Source: a virus. Taken from it: a DNA stretch of 64,000 nt. The position numbers and the translations under genes were made by a program. This document shows, piece by piece, positions 19,478-31,200 of the stretch. Numbering within the stretch: position 1 is the first letter of the stretch; each line of letters begins with the position of its first letter. The stretch covers positions 9,552 to 73,551 of IMG/VR virus record IMGVR_UViG_3300021171_000010. One strand, 5' to 3'. The notes below the pieces were generated by a model. The model ran no database searches and was not told the DNA's origin. It worked only from the letters and a program-made list of their open reading frames with translations.

Positions 19478-20874
19478 ACATTATCCAGGAAAATCTCTTC
19501 TTACGCCGACCGCCCATTGATTATGTGTCGCCCCCGGTGTGTCCAGTTTTCGTGACCCCTTCGAGTGGTTCAGGCTCTTCATTGACCAGCGCTTTTACGA
19601 TTCCAGAATCATGTAATTTGGTATCGCCCACGGCGTTTGTCGGGCAAAACAACATTTTGACTTGGACTCCTCTGCCTACTTCCTGTCAAGGAGGATGCCA
19701 GGATTCTGCCGCATCAGGCGATGCCGACTGCAAAACGGTTGAATTGTGCTATTCAGTATATCGAGCCACCAACGCGAGCAATCCCAATGGAAGTTATGAT
19801 TTGATTGCTTCATGTGTCCCGAAGCTTACTACTATAATGTGCACACCCGGTTGCTATGTTGCGGCTGCGGTGGATGCTCACGGCGTGGAAATCGCGAGAG
19901 GAACACCGGTGTGTGGCAACGGCAGCGCGCCGATTAAGATTGCAATGCCCGTGGTAGACGGAGCGGTAGAATACAATTTGTATCACACCTCGGACCCTTC
20001 TAATCCATCTGGGATGTATCAGTTAGTTTTATCTCTATATGGGGGCGAAGCTTTTGAATTGTGCGCAACTGGGTGTTATCGGGTCGGTTTCATCACGCCA
20101 GACGGAGCAACTCCGCTAGGTAACGTTGTTTGTGTTACTGTGCTGTGCCCTCCCCAGGTGTGTTCCCCTGGAGACATTTGGAATGCGGCGAGCTGCTCTT
20201 GCGTCCCTATTATCTGCCCTCAGCAGCCATGCACTCCCGGTTTGATTTGGGATTTTCTGCATTGCGATTGTGTGCCATGTCCGGTTCAACCCTGCTTGCC
20301 GAGTCAGATTTGGGACACCACCAATTGCGCGTGCGTTACTTGTCCTGTAGAGCCGTGCCCACCCGGGTCCTGCTGGAATCCCTCCATATGCGCTTGCTCA
20401 GGTGCGCCCGGGGCTGGTTGGTCCAATGCAACTATAATTGCTCCCTGGGCCATATATGAGGGAGTGCCCCCGCTTCCGCCCGGAACTTTTGGGATAACCG
20501 GTGGCTACACCGGGAATTCGTCATTGACTGGCTCTTTATTCATGACGGGTGCCGCGGGCTTCAATAATCTTTTCGGGGAAATCCAGTTTAGCGTGATAAA
20601 TCCCGGAGGTGTGGGCAACAGCGCTACCATGATTTGGAATTACACAGCTACCGGTCCATCCAATCTGGGGATTGCAGTAAGCCAGGGGGGATGTTTAATA
20701 GGAACAGGAACCTGTGGAATCATGGTGCCGAACACGCCGGGCTCATACAGCGTAAGCTTTCCATTGCCTTCTTCTCCCGGGATAATCACGGTGGATTTTA
20801 AATTGGAAATCGAGGGACCGGCAGCCTCGAATGTGGCGAATTTAAGCTTTAGTTTCAACAACAACTGTCATTGA
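19474..20874 (+). CDS. Cys-rich virion protein with internal repeats
   Basis: Two FN3-like 'Y..Y....NP.G.Y' units and four 'CP..xC.P...W....C.C' repeats. Confidence 0.65.
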   Translation: MNIIQENLFLRRPPIDYVSPPVCPVFVTPSSGSGSSLTSAFTIPESCNLVSPTAFVGQNNILTWTPLPTSCQGGCQDSAASGDADCKTVELCYSVYRATNASNPNGSYDLIASCVPKLTTIMCTPGCYVAAAVDAHGVEIARGTPVCGNGSAPIKIAMPVVDGAVEYNLYHTSDPSNPSGMYQLVLSLYGGEAFELCATGCYRVGFITPDGATPLGNVVCVTVLCPPQVCSPGDIWNAASCSCVPIICPQQPCTPGLIWDFLHCDCVPCPVQPCLPSQIWDTTNCACVTCPVEPCPPGSCWNPSICACSGAPGAGWSNATIIAPWAIYEGVPPLPPGTFGITGGYTGNSSLTGSLFMTGAAGFNNLFGEIQFSVINPGGVGNSATMIWNYTATGPSNLGIAVSQGGCLIGTGTCGIMVPNTPGSYSVSFPLPSSPGIITVDFKLEIEGPAASNVANLSFSFNNNCH

Positions 20875-20884
20875 GGATAAAAAT

Positions 20885-21712
20885 ATGGCCCTAGTAGCAA
20901 CAGACCTTTTCATCCAGATGGGACCGATTCCGCCCACTTTCATCGGCACACCGCAAGCCCTCGCTGACGCTATGGTGCAGCGCATGAAAATTATGTCGCC
21001 CGGCGGAACGAATTTCATTTTCACAGGAGACACCGCGCCGACTTCAAACGTTGGACCGTGGTTACGCGGCAAGCAGTGGTGGGTATGGGACCCCGATACC
21101 AAGCAGTATGTGCCGCTTGACCTTTCGGCGAGTTTGACAATTCCGTTCTTTATCGGCAATTCTACTCCCTCCGGGACATCTCCTACAGTATGGCTGCAGA
21201 CCACGCAAGATGCGACCACCTCAGCCCCCACAGCTTTTGGAATGCCCATCGGATGGAATGTGTGGAACGGCACCTCATGGGTGCCTTTTGTGGGTATTGT
21301 GACTTCCGGACCGACTGCAAACAGACCCACCAGTCCCGCCAATCTTCAGCAGTTTTATGACACTGATATCAGTTGCTTGATTTGGTGGGAGCGTTCACAG
21401 TGGAGAACTGTGAGTGGGGTGCCCGGCGATTTGAAATTTGTAGTCTTCACCACGCTGGCAGCCGCATTAGTGGCTAATCCCGGCTGGGACCTTTTCGGGC
21501 GAAACACCCCAGGTTTTCTCGGTCGCGGTCTCGTTGCTGCTACCCAGGACGCAGTGGGGTCTAACGGTTCAAGCACATTTGCTCCGGTCCCCGGGGTGCC
21601 GGCGAGGCACGCTTTTGACACCTTCGGTGAGGCGAATCAAATCGCTACATCCGGGTCATCGGGACTGGTTTATCCTCCTAGTATGGCCTTTTGGTTGCTC
21701 GTCAAAGGATGA
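20885..21712 (+). CDS. Tail fibre or tail-associated protein
   Basis: 'TAPT...GPW', 'WNGTSW', 'TANRP', 'PGDLK....GW' collar-like motifs. Confidence 0.55.
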   Translation: MALVATDLFIQMGPIPPTFIGTPQALADAMVQRMKIMSPGGTNFIFTGDTAPTSNVGPWLRGKQWWVWDPDTKQYVPLDLSASLTIPFFIGNSTPSGTSPTVWLQTTQDATTSAPTAFGMPIGWNVWNGTSWVPFVGIVTSGPTANRPTSPANLQQFYDTDISCLIWWERSQWRTVSGVPGDLKFVVFTTLAAALVANPGWDLFGRNTPGFLGRGLVAATQDAVGSNGSSTFAPVPGVPARHAFDTFGEANQIATSGSSGLVYPPSMAFWLLVKG

Positions 21713-21722
21713 CTATTAGGAT

Positions 21723-22163
21723 ATGGTTCGCCGCTTAACGCCCGGAGAGATGGAAGAAGCCGTTTTGACGGTCATGCCATGCTTTGAGAAGGAATTCGGG
21801 CATTTTGCGCCAGTGAAGCCTGAGTTTTTGGCGGCGCACTGGAAGCTCATTATGGATATGGGCGGTCTTGCTTTCGGGCTGGAAGTAGCCGACGAATGGC
21901 GAGGGTTTCTGCTCGGTTCTGTGCTTCCGGACATGGTATCTGGTGTAAAGCAGGGCCTAGAATTTTTTTGGTTGGTTGAAAAAGAGTTTAGAGGTGAAGC
22001 CTCACTTCAACTATTGAATGCATTCGAAGCAGAATGTAAAAAGCGTGGTGCTCAGTGGGTTGTGATTGGCATGTCTCAGCTCGCGGCGCCGGAGAAGCGG
22101 AAACGAAAATACGCGAAACTGGGATACGTTCCCCACTGCGAAACTTGGTATAAGAAAATTTGA
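21723..22163 (+). CDS. GNAT-fold acetyltransferase of the podoviral ejection module
   Basis: 'FWLVEKEFRG...LL.AFE..CKKRGA', 'YAKLGY'; located just before the ejection genes. Confidence 0.75.
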   Translation: MVRRLTPGEMEEAVLTVMPCFEKEFGHFAPVKPEFLAAHWKLIMDMGGLAFGLEVADEWRGFLLGSVLPDMVSGVKQGLEFFWLVEKEFRGEASLQLLNAFEAECKKRGAQWVVIGMSQLAAPEKRKRKYAKLGYVPHCETWYKKI

Positions 22164-22166
22164 AAT

Positions 22167-23174
22167 ATGGGTGACGTATTAGGCTTTGTTGGACAAATTG
22201 GCGCGGCCGAAATTCAATCTTCGGCTGCAGAACGCGCTACTCAGGCACAGCTAGATGCTCTGAATCAGCAGCGCAATTTTGTTTTTCAGAATCTTCAACC
22301 GAGCACGATTAATGCGCAAGCAACTCAGGCGGATGTCCAGCAAACGCTGAGCCAGCTTGAACTGCAGCGTCAAATAGACCCTGGACTTGCTGCCGCTAGG
22401 CAAGCGGCAGGTTCGCAGATAGCAGCAGGCACTGCGGGAATTGGAGCCACGAGCAACCCCATTGCTGCTCAGGCGGCTGCAGAAGCTACTTCCGGCGTGA
22501 GTGGTGCGGCTGGCAGCACCTCTGCTCAGGGTAAACAGCAATTGATTGACGCCGCATTGCAGCAACTTAAGCTTGGCGCTACTCTTCCTCCGGATGTTGA
22601 AGCTCAACTCGTGCAGTCGGGTCTGGAACAATCTGGAATGGTTACCCAATCCGCTTCCGGCCAGGGCATCGGCGGCCAGCTTCAGCGGCAAATCCTTGGG
22701 ACAGCGGGTATTCAGTTGCAGATGCAACGCCAACAGCAGGCGCAAAACCTTTTGATGGGGGCACAGAATCTGGAAACATCTCGCGCTAACATCTTGCAGT
22801 CGTTGTTTCCGAATCTGGCGCAGACTCAGCTAGCCAATCTTCAGGGCGCTGAAGGCGCTTTCAACACCTCGAATGCCGCGGCTCCGAACGTAGGCTTAAG
22901 CGGCACCAATGTGGCCAATTTGTGGCTCGCGCGCGTGGGCGCTACGAATCAGCTTACGCAATCTGCTGCGAACGCCGCGGCTCAGGGCGCAATGGCTCAG
23001 GGCACCATTTGGGGACAGGCCGTAGGCGGAGCCGCGCGCGCTGCAGGCGGAGCGCTTCCCACTGCTAGCCAACTGTGGAGCAGCTTAAACACTAACACCG
23101 GAGCTGGCGGAGTGGCTCCCGGAGCAGACCAGCAAAGCCAAGCAGATGCACAGGCTGCCGCATCGATAATTTGA
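22167..23174 (+). CDS. Internal virion or DNA ejection (pilot) protein
   Basis: Gln/Ala/Gly-rich helical protein with 'SSAAERATQAQ' N-terminus; follows the GNAT. Confidence 0.65.
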   Translation: MGDVLGFVGQIGAAEIQSSAAERATQAQLDALNQQRNFVFQNLQPSTINAQATQADVQQTLSQLELQRQIDPGLAAARQAAGSQIAAGTAGIGATSNPIAAQAAAEATSGVSGAAGSTSAQGKQQLIDAALQQLKLGATLPPDVEAQLVQSGLEQSGMVTQSASGQGIGGQLQRQILGTAGIQLQMQRQQQAQNLLMGAQNLETSRANILQSLFPNLAQTQLANLQGAEGAFNTSNAAAPNVGLSGTNVANLWLARVGATNQLTQSAANAAAQGAMAQGTIWGQAVGGAARAAGGALPTASQLWSSLNTNTGAGGVAPGADQQSQADAQAAASII

Positions 23175-23177
23175 TGT

Positions 23178-23648
23178 ATGGGACTTTTCGGCTGGACAGC
23201 ACAATCATTGGTTCCTCCTCACTCTGTGAGTGCCTTTGGCACTGGTGGTGTGGGAATGCAGAACGTGTCCCAGGTAGGCACCCCGGCGGCTCAGACTTTT
23301 ACCACACCGACCACGCCACAGCTTAACATTCAGCCACAAATGCAGCAGATTCTTGCGAAGATTTTAGGACCTAATTATCAGCAGGGCACGAATCCAAGTC
23401 CCATTGCTGGGTCTCAAGATTTGTATTCTCCGAACTATTTGGCTCAGGTGAATTCAGGCACTGCGCCCCAGGTTTCTCCAAACGGTTTCACTCGATTTGG
23501 GAATTCTTTTTGGCGAATGCCCGCGCAGCAGCCCGCGGAGTCTCAGCAGCTATCGGGCACCCCAGCACCCACTTTTGCGCCCGCAGCTACCAGCTACGGC
23601 GCGCCTTCTGCGTGGACTCCCAACCAAACGAACCTTTTCAATATCTAA
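23178..23648 (+). CDS. Low-complexity internal virion protein
   Basis: Gln/Pro/Thr-rich; within the ejection cluster. Confidence 0.5.
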   Translation: MGLFGWTAQSLVPPHSVSAFGTGGVGMQNVSQVGTPAAQTFTTPTTPQLNIQPQMQQILAKILGPNYQQGTNPSPIAGSQDLYSPNYLAQVNSGTAPQVSPNGFTRFGNSFWRMPAQQPAESQQLSGTPAPTFAPAATSYGAPSAWTPNQTNLFNI

Positions 23649-23651
23649 TTT

Positions 23652-25250
23652 ATGGCTATAGGACAAGAGCCCATTCAACCGATTCAAGCTGGCGCCACTG
23701 CGCAACCGCTAGTCACTTCGGCATCCGATGTCGTCACTCCGGATGCGGTGGCGCAGCTTACTGATGGTTTTCGCAAAGGCTTCATAACGGCTGATGATGT
23801 GGTCAATCGTATCGGGGACGTAGGCAAGGCACAGAAAAAGGCCCTCCTGGAATCTCTTGGTGAATATGTCAATCCGGATTTGATTAATTCACGGCTTGCT
23901 GCTGCCAAAGCTTCGACTGCGCAGAGTAATCTACAGCAGCAGCAAGCAACGGCGGCGCAGGGCATCGTGCAGCCGGCCGCTAATCTCGCGCAGACACAGA
24001 TTGCTTCTCAGCAGGCTGAAGCGGTTTACGGCAAAGGTGGACTGGAAACTTATCAGACTCTTGGGCCGCTCTACGGTGAGTCTATGCCGCCTAATCCGGA
24101 TGAGAACGATTTCAAGAAAGCTGCGCAGCGCGGGAATGAAATGAAAGGGCAGATGATGTTGGCGGACCGGTGGCTGCAACAAATCGCACCAGCGGCAGAT
24201 TACACCTTCACCGATGCCCAAGGCAATACATATCCTCGCAAGAAAAATTGGCAGGGCATTGATGTGACTCCGCCAAACCCTTCGACCGGATATCCCGGGT
24301 CTCCTGCTTATTGGGCCTATGCGAAGCAGCTCGACCAGTTTTTGCCGAAGTTCCATCCAGCCCGGTCCCAGTATTTTCTTGACCAGTCTTCGGCACCTAG
24401 CCCGGATGATGTTCACGAGGTGGAACCTACTGTGCCGGCGGGAACGCATCCCGCCTCGTCTGCGATTGAGCCTTTGACGGATGACCAAGTGCGAGCAGCC
24501 GCGGTGAATAAGTTGGGCCTTACCGGTGACCAAGCGGCGAACATGAACGCCCGAGATTTGACAACCGCCAGGACTCTCATAGAGCCTGCCCAAGCTCCTC
24601 CTGCAGTTGCTGCCGCTCCGGCCGCTGCTGCCGTAGCTCCCGCTTATTCCGGCCAGGGCGCCGCGCCAGGGGAAGTTCCCATAAAGCCCGGTCAGACGGT
24701 GCCTGAGGCACGCGAGCAGCTTCAGAAGCTTCCCGGTATCGAGCAATTTGCCAAGGCTCAGCCTCTGTATGCCAATTTTCTATCCGCGGCAGTGAACGCG
24801 CACAAAACTCCGGCCGGGGAGCCTACGGGAACCAGTGATTTGACTCTGGGAGAAACCTACGGCAAGCTGCTTGACCCGAGCGCCACACTTCGCGAGTTTA
24901 AGTGGGATGCTATCAAAAAAGCCATACCCTGGGCCGATGAGTTTTCGGATGCTAAGAATTTGATTCTGCGCACCCACACTTTCCCACCCCAGTTCCGGCA
25001 GCGCTTGGTGGACGATGGATTCAACATCATCGAAAATAGCGAAAAGGCAATTGCGCCGAAGTTGCAGTATGCTCAGAAGCAATATCCTGGGGTGCTCGAT
25101 TCTGACGAGCAGGGTATCGCGAATGGAGTGCCTTTCCGGCAGCGCAAGGGTTATTACCAAGCAATCGCGAGCTCTCCTGCCGCGGCTGCCGGTGGCAATA
25201 AACGCACAGTAAATATTCCTGGTGTTGGCCCGGTAATCGTCAACTTTTAA
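23652..25250 (+). CDS. Internal virion or ejection protein
   Basis: Ala/Gln/Pro-rich with C-terminal helical domain 'D..L...Y.KLLDP.A..RE'. Confidence 0.6.
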   Translation: MAIGQEPIQPIQAGATAQPLVTSASDVVTPDAVAQLTDGFRKGFITADDVVNRIGDVGKAQKKALLESLGEYVNPDLINSRLAAAKASTAQSNLQQQQATAAQGIVQPAANLAQTQIASQQAEAVYGKGGLETYQTLGPLYGESMPPNPDENDFKKAAQRGNEMKGQMMLADRWLQQIAPAADYTFTDAQGNTYPRKKNWQGIDVTPPNPSTGYPGSPAYWAYAKQLDQFLPKFHPARSQYFLDQSSAPSPDDVHEVEPTVPAGTHPASSAIEPLTDDQVRAAAVNKLGLTGDQAANMNARDLTTARTLIEPAQAPPAVAAAPAAAAVAPAYSGQGAAPGEVPIKPGQTVPEAREQLQKLPGIEQFAKAQPLYANFLSAAVNAHKTPAGEPTGTSDLTLGETYGKLLDPSATLREFKWDAIKKAIPWADEFSDAKNLILRTHTFPPQFRQRLVDDGFNIIENSEKAIAPKLQYAQKQYPGVLDSDEQGIANGVPFRQRKGYYQAIASSPAAAAGGNKRTVNIPGVGPVIVNF

Positions 25251-25253
25251 GAT

Positions 25254-28200
25254 GTGCCTACGTTTACCGCACCTGACGGTTCGCCTGTTACTTTGACCCC
25301 AGAGCAGCAGACTCAAGCGCTTAGCCTTGCATCTGCTGCTACTCCCGAAGCTACTTTCACTCGGCCTGACGGCACTCCCGTCACATTGGCACCTGAGCAG
25401 CAATCTCAGGCGTTGCAACAGGCCCAATCTCCCGCGCCGATGCTTAGCCGGCCGGATGGCACGCCCCTGGACGTCACAAGTCTTCATGCTGAACAACTGG
25501 CCGAGTTGAATAAGCAAGAGCCGGGTTTCGACCTCCCGTCCGTGTGGAATTCCCTGCCCGCGGAACAAAAAACACCTGACGCGCTAGCGAGATTTTCTGA
25601 AGCTTCGCACCTCGTGCATCAGCAGCCTTTTTCGTTGCCTACGGTGACCAAGATGCTTTCCAATCTCTGGCAGCTTGCCAAAGGGGGCGGCGAGATGATT
25701 TCCAACCTTGCCAAGGGTGGCGCTTTGATAGTTGGTGGATATCCCGGCGCAGGCACCTGGATGGACCCCCAGAAGGTTAAGGAAGTTCAGCAGGGAATCG
25801 CCGAAGGATGGTCTGGAACAGAGAGCGCGGTGACTGGACTCGCCAATCAACTCAAGGAAACAGTGGTGCGGCACGTCATTCAGCCGCCTAACACACTGGA
25901 CCCGGCGGTTAAGCAGCAGAATTTTCTTGATGAGGCTGCGATGGCAGACCAGCAGTCTCAAATTCTAAAAGGTCGCGGCGAGTTCATGAATCGAGTTGGT
26001 GGCGATGAAATATCTTATTTGGAGTCACAGGGATTTCCGGTTCGCCCAGAGCATGCTGCTAATCTTGCTCAAGTGGACCCATTCACTTTTTATCTTTTTG
26101 GCAAAGCCTTTGACGCATTGCCGGCGGCTACTAAAGCGGCTATTCCCACGCCGATTTTAGACGCAATTCAAAAAGCCAGCGATACCGCGACCGATACCGC
26201 CAAACAAATCGTGGGCGGAGGAGCTGCTGCGACTGCTGCAGTGCTGCAAGGTGTAGGCGCGGGCGTGACTAAAGCGGCTCCGCATATTGGGCGCCCCGCG
26301 GCTGCGATTGCCGGCGGAATTCATGCCGGCGTGCCGGGCGCGGTCACGGGACTGGTTTTCGGCAAAGGCATGACCGAATCCCTGTCTGAGATGGGGAAGA
26401 AAATTGCTTCGGCAGCTAAAGGCACCGCTAAATTCGGTGAAGGCGTGTCCAGCGAGGCGGCTACCGGACCGGTATCACAGGCTGCCAAGGACATTATTGA
26501 AGCTGCGCCCGGCGCATTAGCTGGTGTCGCTCAAGGCGCCGCTTTAGATGTGGGACTTCAGGCGGCCACAGCAGAGACGCCGCAGCAACAGCAAAGCTTC
26601 ACCCCGGTGGGGACCGCCATGGGATTGACTCATGGTGCTATGTCTGCTGGCAAGTGGATGCTCGGCGGCCAACTTGCAGGAGAGCGGAACTGGGGCGCTA
26701 CCGCAGGTGTGCCAAATTCGGCAGCGTTTCCCGCGCTGAACACTCTCCACAACGCCGCAATGTCTGCTGCGCCCCCTAAGATTCAGGAAAGAATCAGGGC
26801 GATTCAGCAGCTTAAGCAGGGAGTCAATCCTAACACTGATGTTTTCTACATCCCCGACCCGGTGGGTGTGATGGCTGCTCTGGGTGCAACTCCGGGTGCG
26901 GAACAGCATGCTTTTCAGGCCGGCGCCGCGAATGGAGTTTTCTTGAAGGATTTGCCCGGAGCGAATGGGCAGAAGCGCAACGCAATCATCTTCCAGAACG
27001 TAGATGCGGCCCCACACGAAGCAGTGCACGCGATGGATGCAGCTCTCGGAGCGGAAAGAGTAAATGAGCTTAATCAGTCTGCTAAATCAGACTATGGAGA
27101 CCTTTGGGACCAATTTACCAGTCATTACGCCAATTTGCTCAATGGAGGACAGCCACTTCCTGAAGGCACTACGCCAGGAGATTTTCTGCTTCAGCAATCA
27201 GGATTTGGCCCTGAGGCAGCCCGGAATAAAACCGGCGGAGACGGGTCAGATTGGCAGACTGCTCTGACACCAGACGAAAAGCAAAACGCGATTGACCGCT
27301 ACATCGGCGCCGAGATTCGCGCGGAGAACGGGGACGCGTATTTCAAACGCACGGGCGGCAAAGCGCCGGGATTCACAGACAAAATGGCGAATGCTGCCGG
27401 CGAGCTCGTAAGCCTGCTAGGTGGAAATCCCTTAGAGGGACGCGTTAGCAGCGGACTTCAACTACCGTTGCGATGGGACACGTTTAAACAGGCTGGTCAA
27501 ACTCTTGCCGAGGCCCGGGCTAATGTTCCTCCTGCTTTGCGGCCTGTAGCTAGAACGCCACTAACTACTAAGACGGTGCCGACCACGCCGGAGGAAATCC
27601 AGCAGAATGCGGATGACGCAAGAGTAATTGCTGGACAGCAGCCGGCAGAGAAACCGACTGGCGCCGAGGGCGAGCAGTCGCCCAAAGAAGCCCTGGGAAC
27701 AGTTGCTGAAGCGATTGCAAGCCAGTCCCCAGTGCGATATCAATACCGCGGGGCCGCCGGCGAAACTCCTACAGGGGGAGCCTTGGAAACTGATGTTTCG
27801 CAGCGCCAAGCCGAAATAGCCAAAGCTCAAAACGTGTCTGAGACCGACCGAGATCTTTTCGAGCGCGTCGGATTCCCATACAAAGTAGAAATGACCGGCA
27901 AAGGTCCTCAAGTTCTAGACTGGGCGCCCGTAAATCTCGCCGCAAATGCTTTTCGTTGGTCCAAAGCTCTGTCAGAACTAGCCAAGAAAAATCCAAATGC
28001 TCCGGAGCTTGCACGCAATCCATTTGCATTAGATGTCGCGAAAGGCGAGTTCACAACTGAAGGCTGGCATGATTTGTTAGACACTGCACAGAAAGTATCT
28101 GCAAATCAACTTGCCGGATTTGGCGGGGCTGGACAGAAAATCGTTGTGCCGTCCGATTTAGGGGCTGCGAACGTCTATGCACCGCCTCGTGTTTCTGAAA

Positions 28201-31200
28201 CTGCTCCTTTTCAAGTTGACCAAGCGAAAGCAGATTTTATTAACATGCTTTATGGGGAACGTCCGCCAGAGACACCGCGTGTGTCTCGCAAAAGCGGCGT
28301 CCCCGCCAATGTTGTGGCGCAGAAAATCTCTGCCGCTACTGAGCCCGGAAGGGTAGTTGAGCCAGCGAAGATTCGAGCAAAGCCCAAGCAGGCCGCCGGG
28401 CTTGGCGTGGAACCTGGGACGTTAATAGAGCGCGCGCCATTCAAAGAGCCAATTTTGGGTGTGCCTACCATCCAGGAAGTAAATCCCACCCGAGGTGCTT
28501 TAGAAAATGCCCTGCAGTCCGCCGGTGTTGAAATCCCCAAGATGACAAAAGTCATCCGCCGGTTGAACCTGGAACATATCCATTCAGTTCAACCGGAACC
28601 AAATCTGCCGCGGACCGCGGGCGCCAATGTTCTAACCACCACTGCCGGCTTTATGCCGGTGACGGATTTTGTTGACCGGCTTGATAAAACCTCGCCGGAT
28701 GATTGGCGAAACATGGTGACCAATTATCAGGGCCGATTTGGGGGTGGACAGACCGGTTTGTCAATAGAGGTTGGGGCTGGGGCAAAAAGTCCTGAGGAAG
28801 TGGCAGCTTTGCAATCTGCTACGGAGCGCCAAAGTGAACTAATGCGCGGGGCTTTAAAGAACAGAGATTTTCAAACTGCCGCGGGATATGCGATTAAGGC
28901 GCAGGCAGCTAGAGAGGCTCATGAGGCCGCTACTGGTGGCGGAGGGATGCCAGATTTTCTGCAAAGGTATCACCCCGAGGCTGGATATAAACCTCCGTTT
29001 CCTGAATCGACTTTACAAGCTGCGCCGCGGAATGAAGATGTGGCCAAAGTGGCAGAGGATTATGTGGGCCGACCGCTGCGTCCCATCGGCAATTTGCCAA
29101 TCAGCCCCGACTTAGGCAAGCGCCTCGCGGACTTCGCACAGGAAGCGCAGCACAATCCGGATGACCCTGCTGTGAAGGCTAGTTATGGTGCGTTGAACGC
29201 GCAGATTAAACAGCAGTATGACGCAATCCGGAAAGCGGGCTACACTGTAGAGCCGTGGACCGGCGCAGGCGAGCCTTACAAGTCCAGTGCCGAGATGTCT
29301 GCAGACGTGCGCGACAACAAGCACCTTTTCTTCACGCCAACTGCGCGCAGTTTTAGTGGCCAAGAAAACAACTTGATGCTACAACCCTCTGGCGTGGGTG
29401 ATTTAAGTCATAATGATTTATTCCGCGCGGTGCATGATTTCTTCGGCCACGCCAAGGAGGGGTTGCAGTTTGGTCCCCGGGGTGAATATAATGCTTGGCG
29501 GGAACATTCCCAGATGTTCAGCCCGGAAGCTCAGGGCGCCTTAGCTGCCGAGACTTTGGCTCAAAACGCTTTCGTAAATTTCGGTAGTCATCTCCGCAAC
29601 GCGGAAGGAAACATACCGGCAGTGGGAGAGCCCGGGTATGTTCCGCCTGCTCAGCGACCTTTCGCGGAACAAAAAAATTTCGTGGTGCCCTCCGAACTCA
29701 GGAAAGCCGCACAATTTCAACCACTTCCTCCCGGTGCTGGCAAAGCTCTTGATTGGCGTGACTTAGGGAACGATACTCTTGCTCCCGGCCTTCACATCGA
29801 AGCTATCGCTGGAAAGCCTCCTGCTGTTCCGATTTCTCAGCTCCAAAAAGAGGGCTGGAAAACGATGGACTTTCAAGATAATGGAAGCTTCCATGATTAC
29901 GACAATCGCCCCGTTTTTTACAAAGATAATACGGGAAAATTTCCCGTAACTCCTGATGGAGTAAAGGCGGCTTCTGAGGCCGCTAGTAAAGCTTTTGATG
30001 AAGCTCAAAATTTAGCGTTCGAAGACCGATATGGCGAAGGCCCCGTTCAATATCAGCCTAGACCAATCGAAGAGGCGCGTAGCGAGCCGAAAACGATTCT
30101 AATTCGCCACGGAACGACTGCCCTGAATAACACTGACCCGACCAAAGATTTAATCCGCGGGCACAAAAACGTTCAGCTTAGTGAAGAGGGCCGACAGCAA
30201 GCCGCGGAGCTGGGGCAGCAGCTTAAAACCTCTGGTATCTCCAGAATTTATTCCTCTGATTTAGACCGCACCATGGACACTGCCAAGGAAGTGGCCAAAA
30301 CCACCGGTGCGCCTATAACGCCCGATGCTAGACTAAGGCCCTGGAAACTTGGAAGCACAATCGAAGGAAAACCGACAGCGGATATGCTGCCTAGAATCAA
30401 ATCTCTTACTGAGAGTCCAGATGAACGACCGCCCGGCGGAGAGACCTTCAATGAATTCAAGGACCGTTTTCTTGAAGGCTATCACGCAATCCAGGACGCG
30501 CATCCGAATGAGCACACCGCTATAGTGACTCACTATCGCGGCACGAAGTTGATGGATGCTTGGCGTGCCGCCGGCGTGGATAATGACGAGGTGAAACCAG
30601 ATGTTTTCGATGCATATGACCCGCACAAAAAACCGGGCAGTTATCAGGTGCTCGACAAGCAAGGTAATGAGCTACCTCTAGATACCGCTCGCCCGGAGGG
30701 AGCTCCAATCACTCACCTCTCTGATGCTGAGTTGAACTCGGCGCCGGGCATGACGCGCGAGCAGACTCTGGCAGCCGAGCGAGGGGGAACCCAGCCAGCA
30801 CAGTTCAAGCCTCGTGAGAAACAGGAAAAAGAAATCGAGCTGCGCCACTGGTCAAACATTCCGGGACTCAAAGTGCTTGACCCTCGTTTTCATGGCACCG
30901 GCTTGAGTGGTGAGGAACGCGCCCGAGCCCGTGACTACAAAGAAATTTACGTGCCTCGCACCTATTTTGGAACGAAGGATTACACCAAAGAGCCGAACCT
31001 GGGGCCAGAGCAATACCGCGCTTTTGTGCAGCGCAGCAAGCTCTACCCGTTTCAGGAAGACCCCAAAGATTTGTGGCCCACGCCGGAGGAAGTGGAAAAG
31101 GCCGGATACGCGCCGATGGACTCTCGCGCGGCGAATACGCTTTACGAAAATAAGATTGCGCAGGCTGGTTATGAGGGCTATATTCACCGTGATGCAAAAG

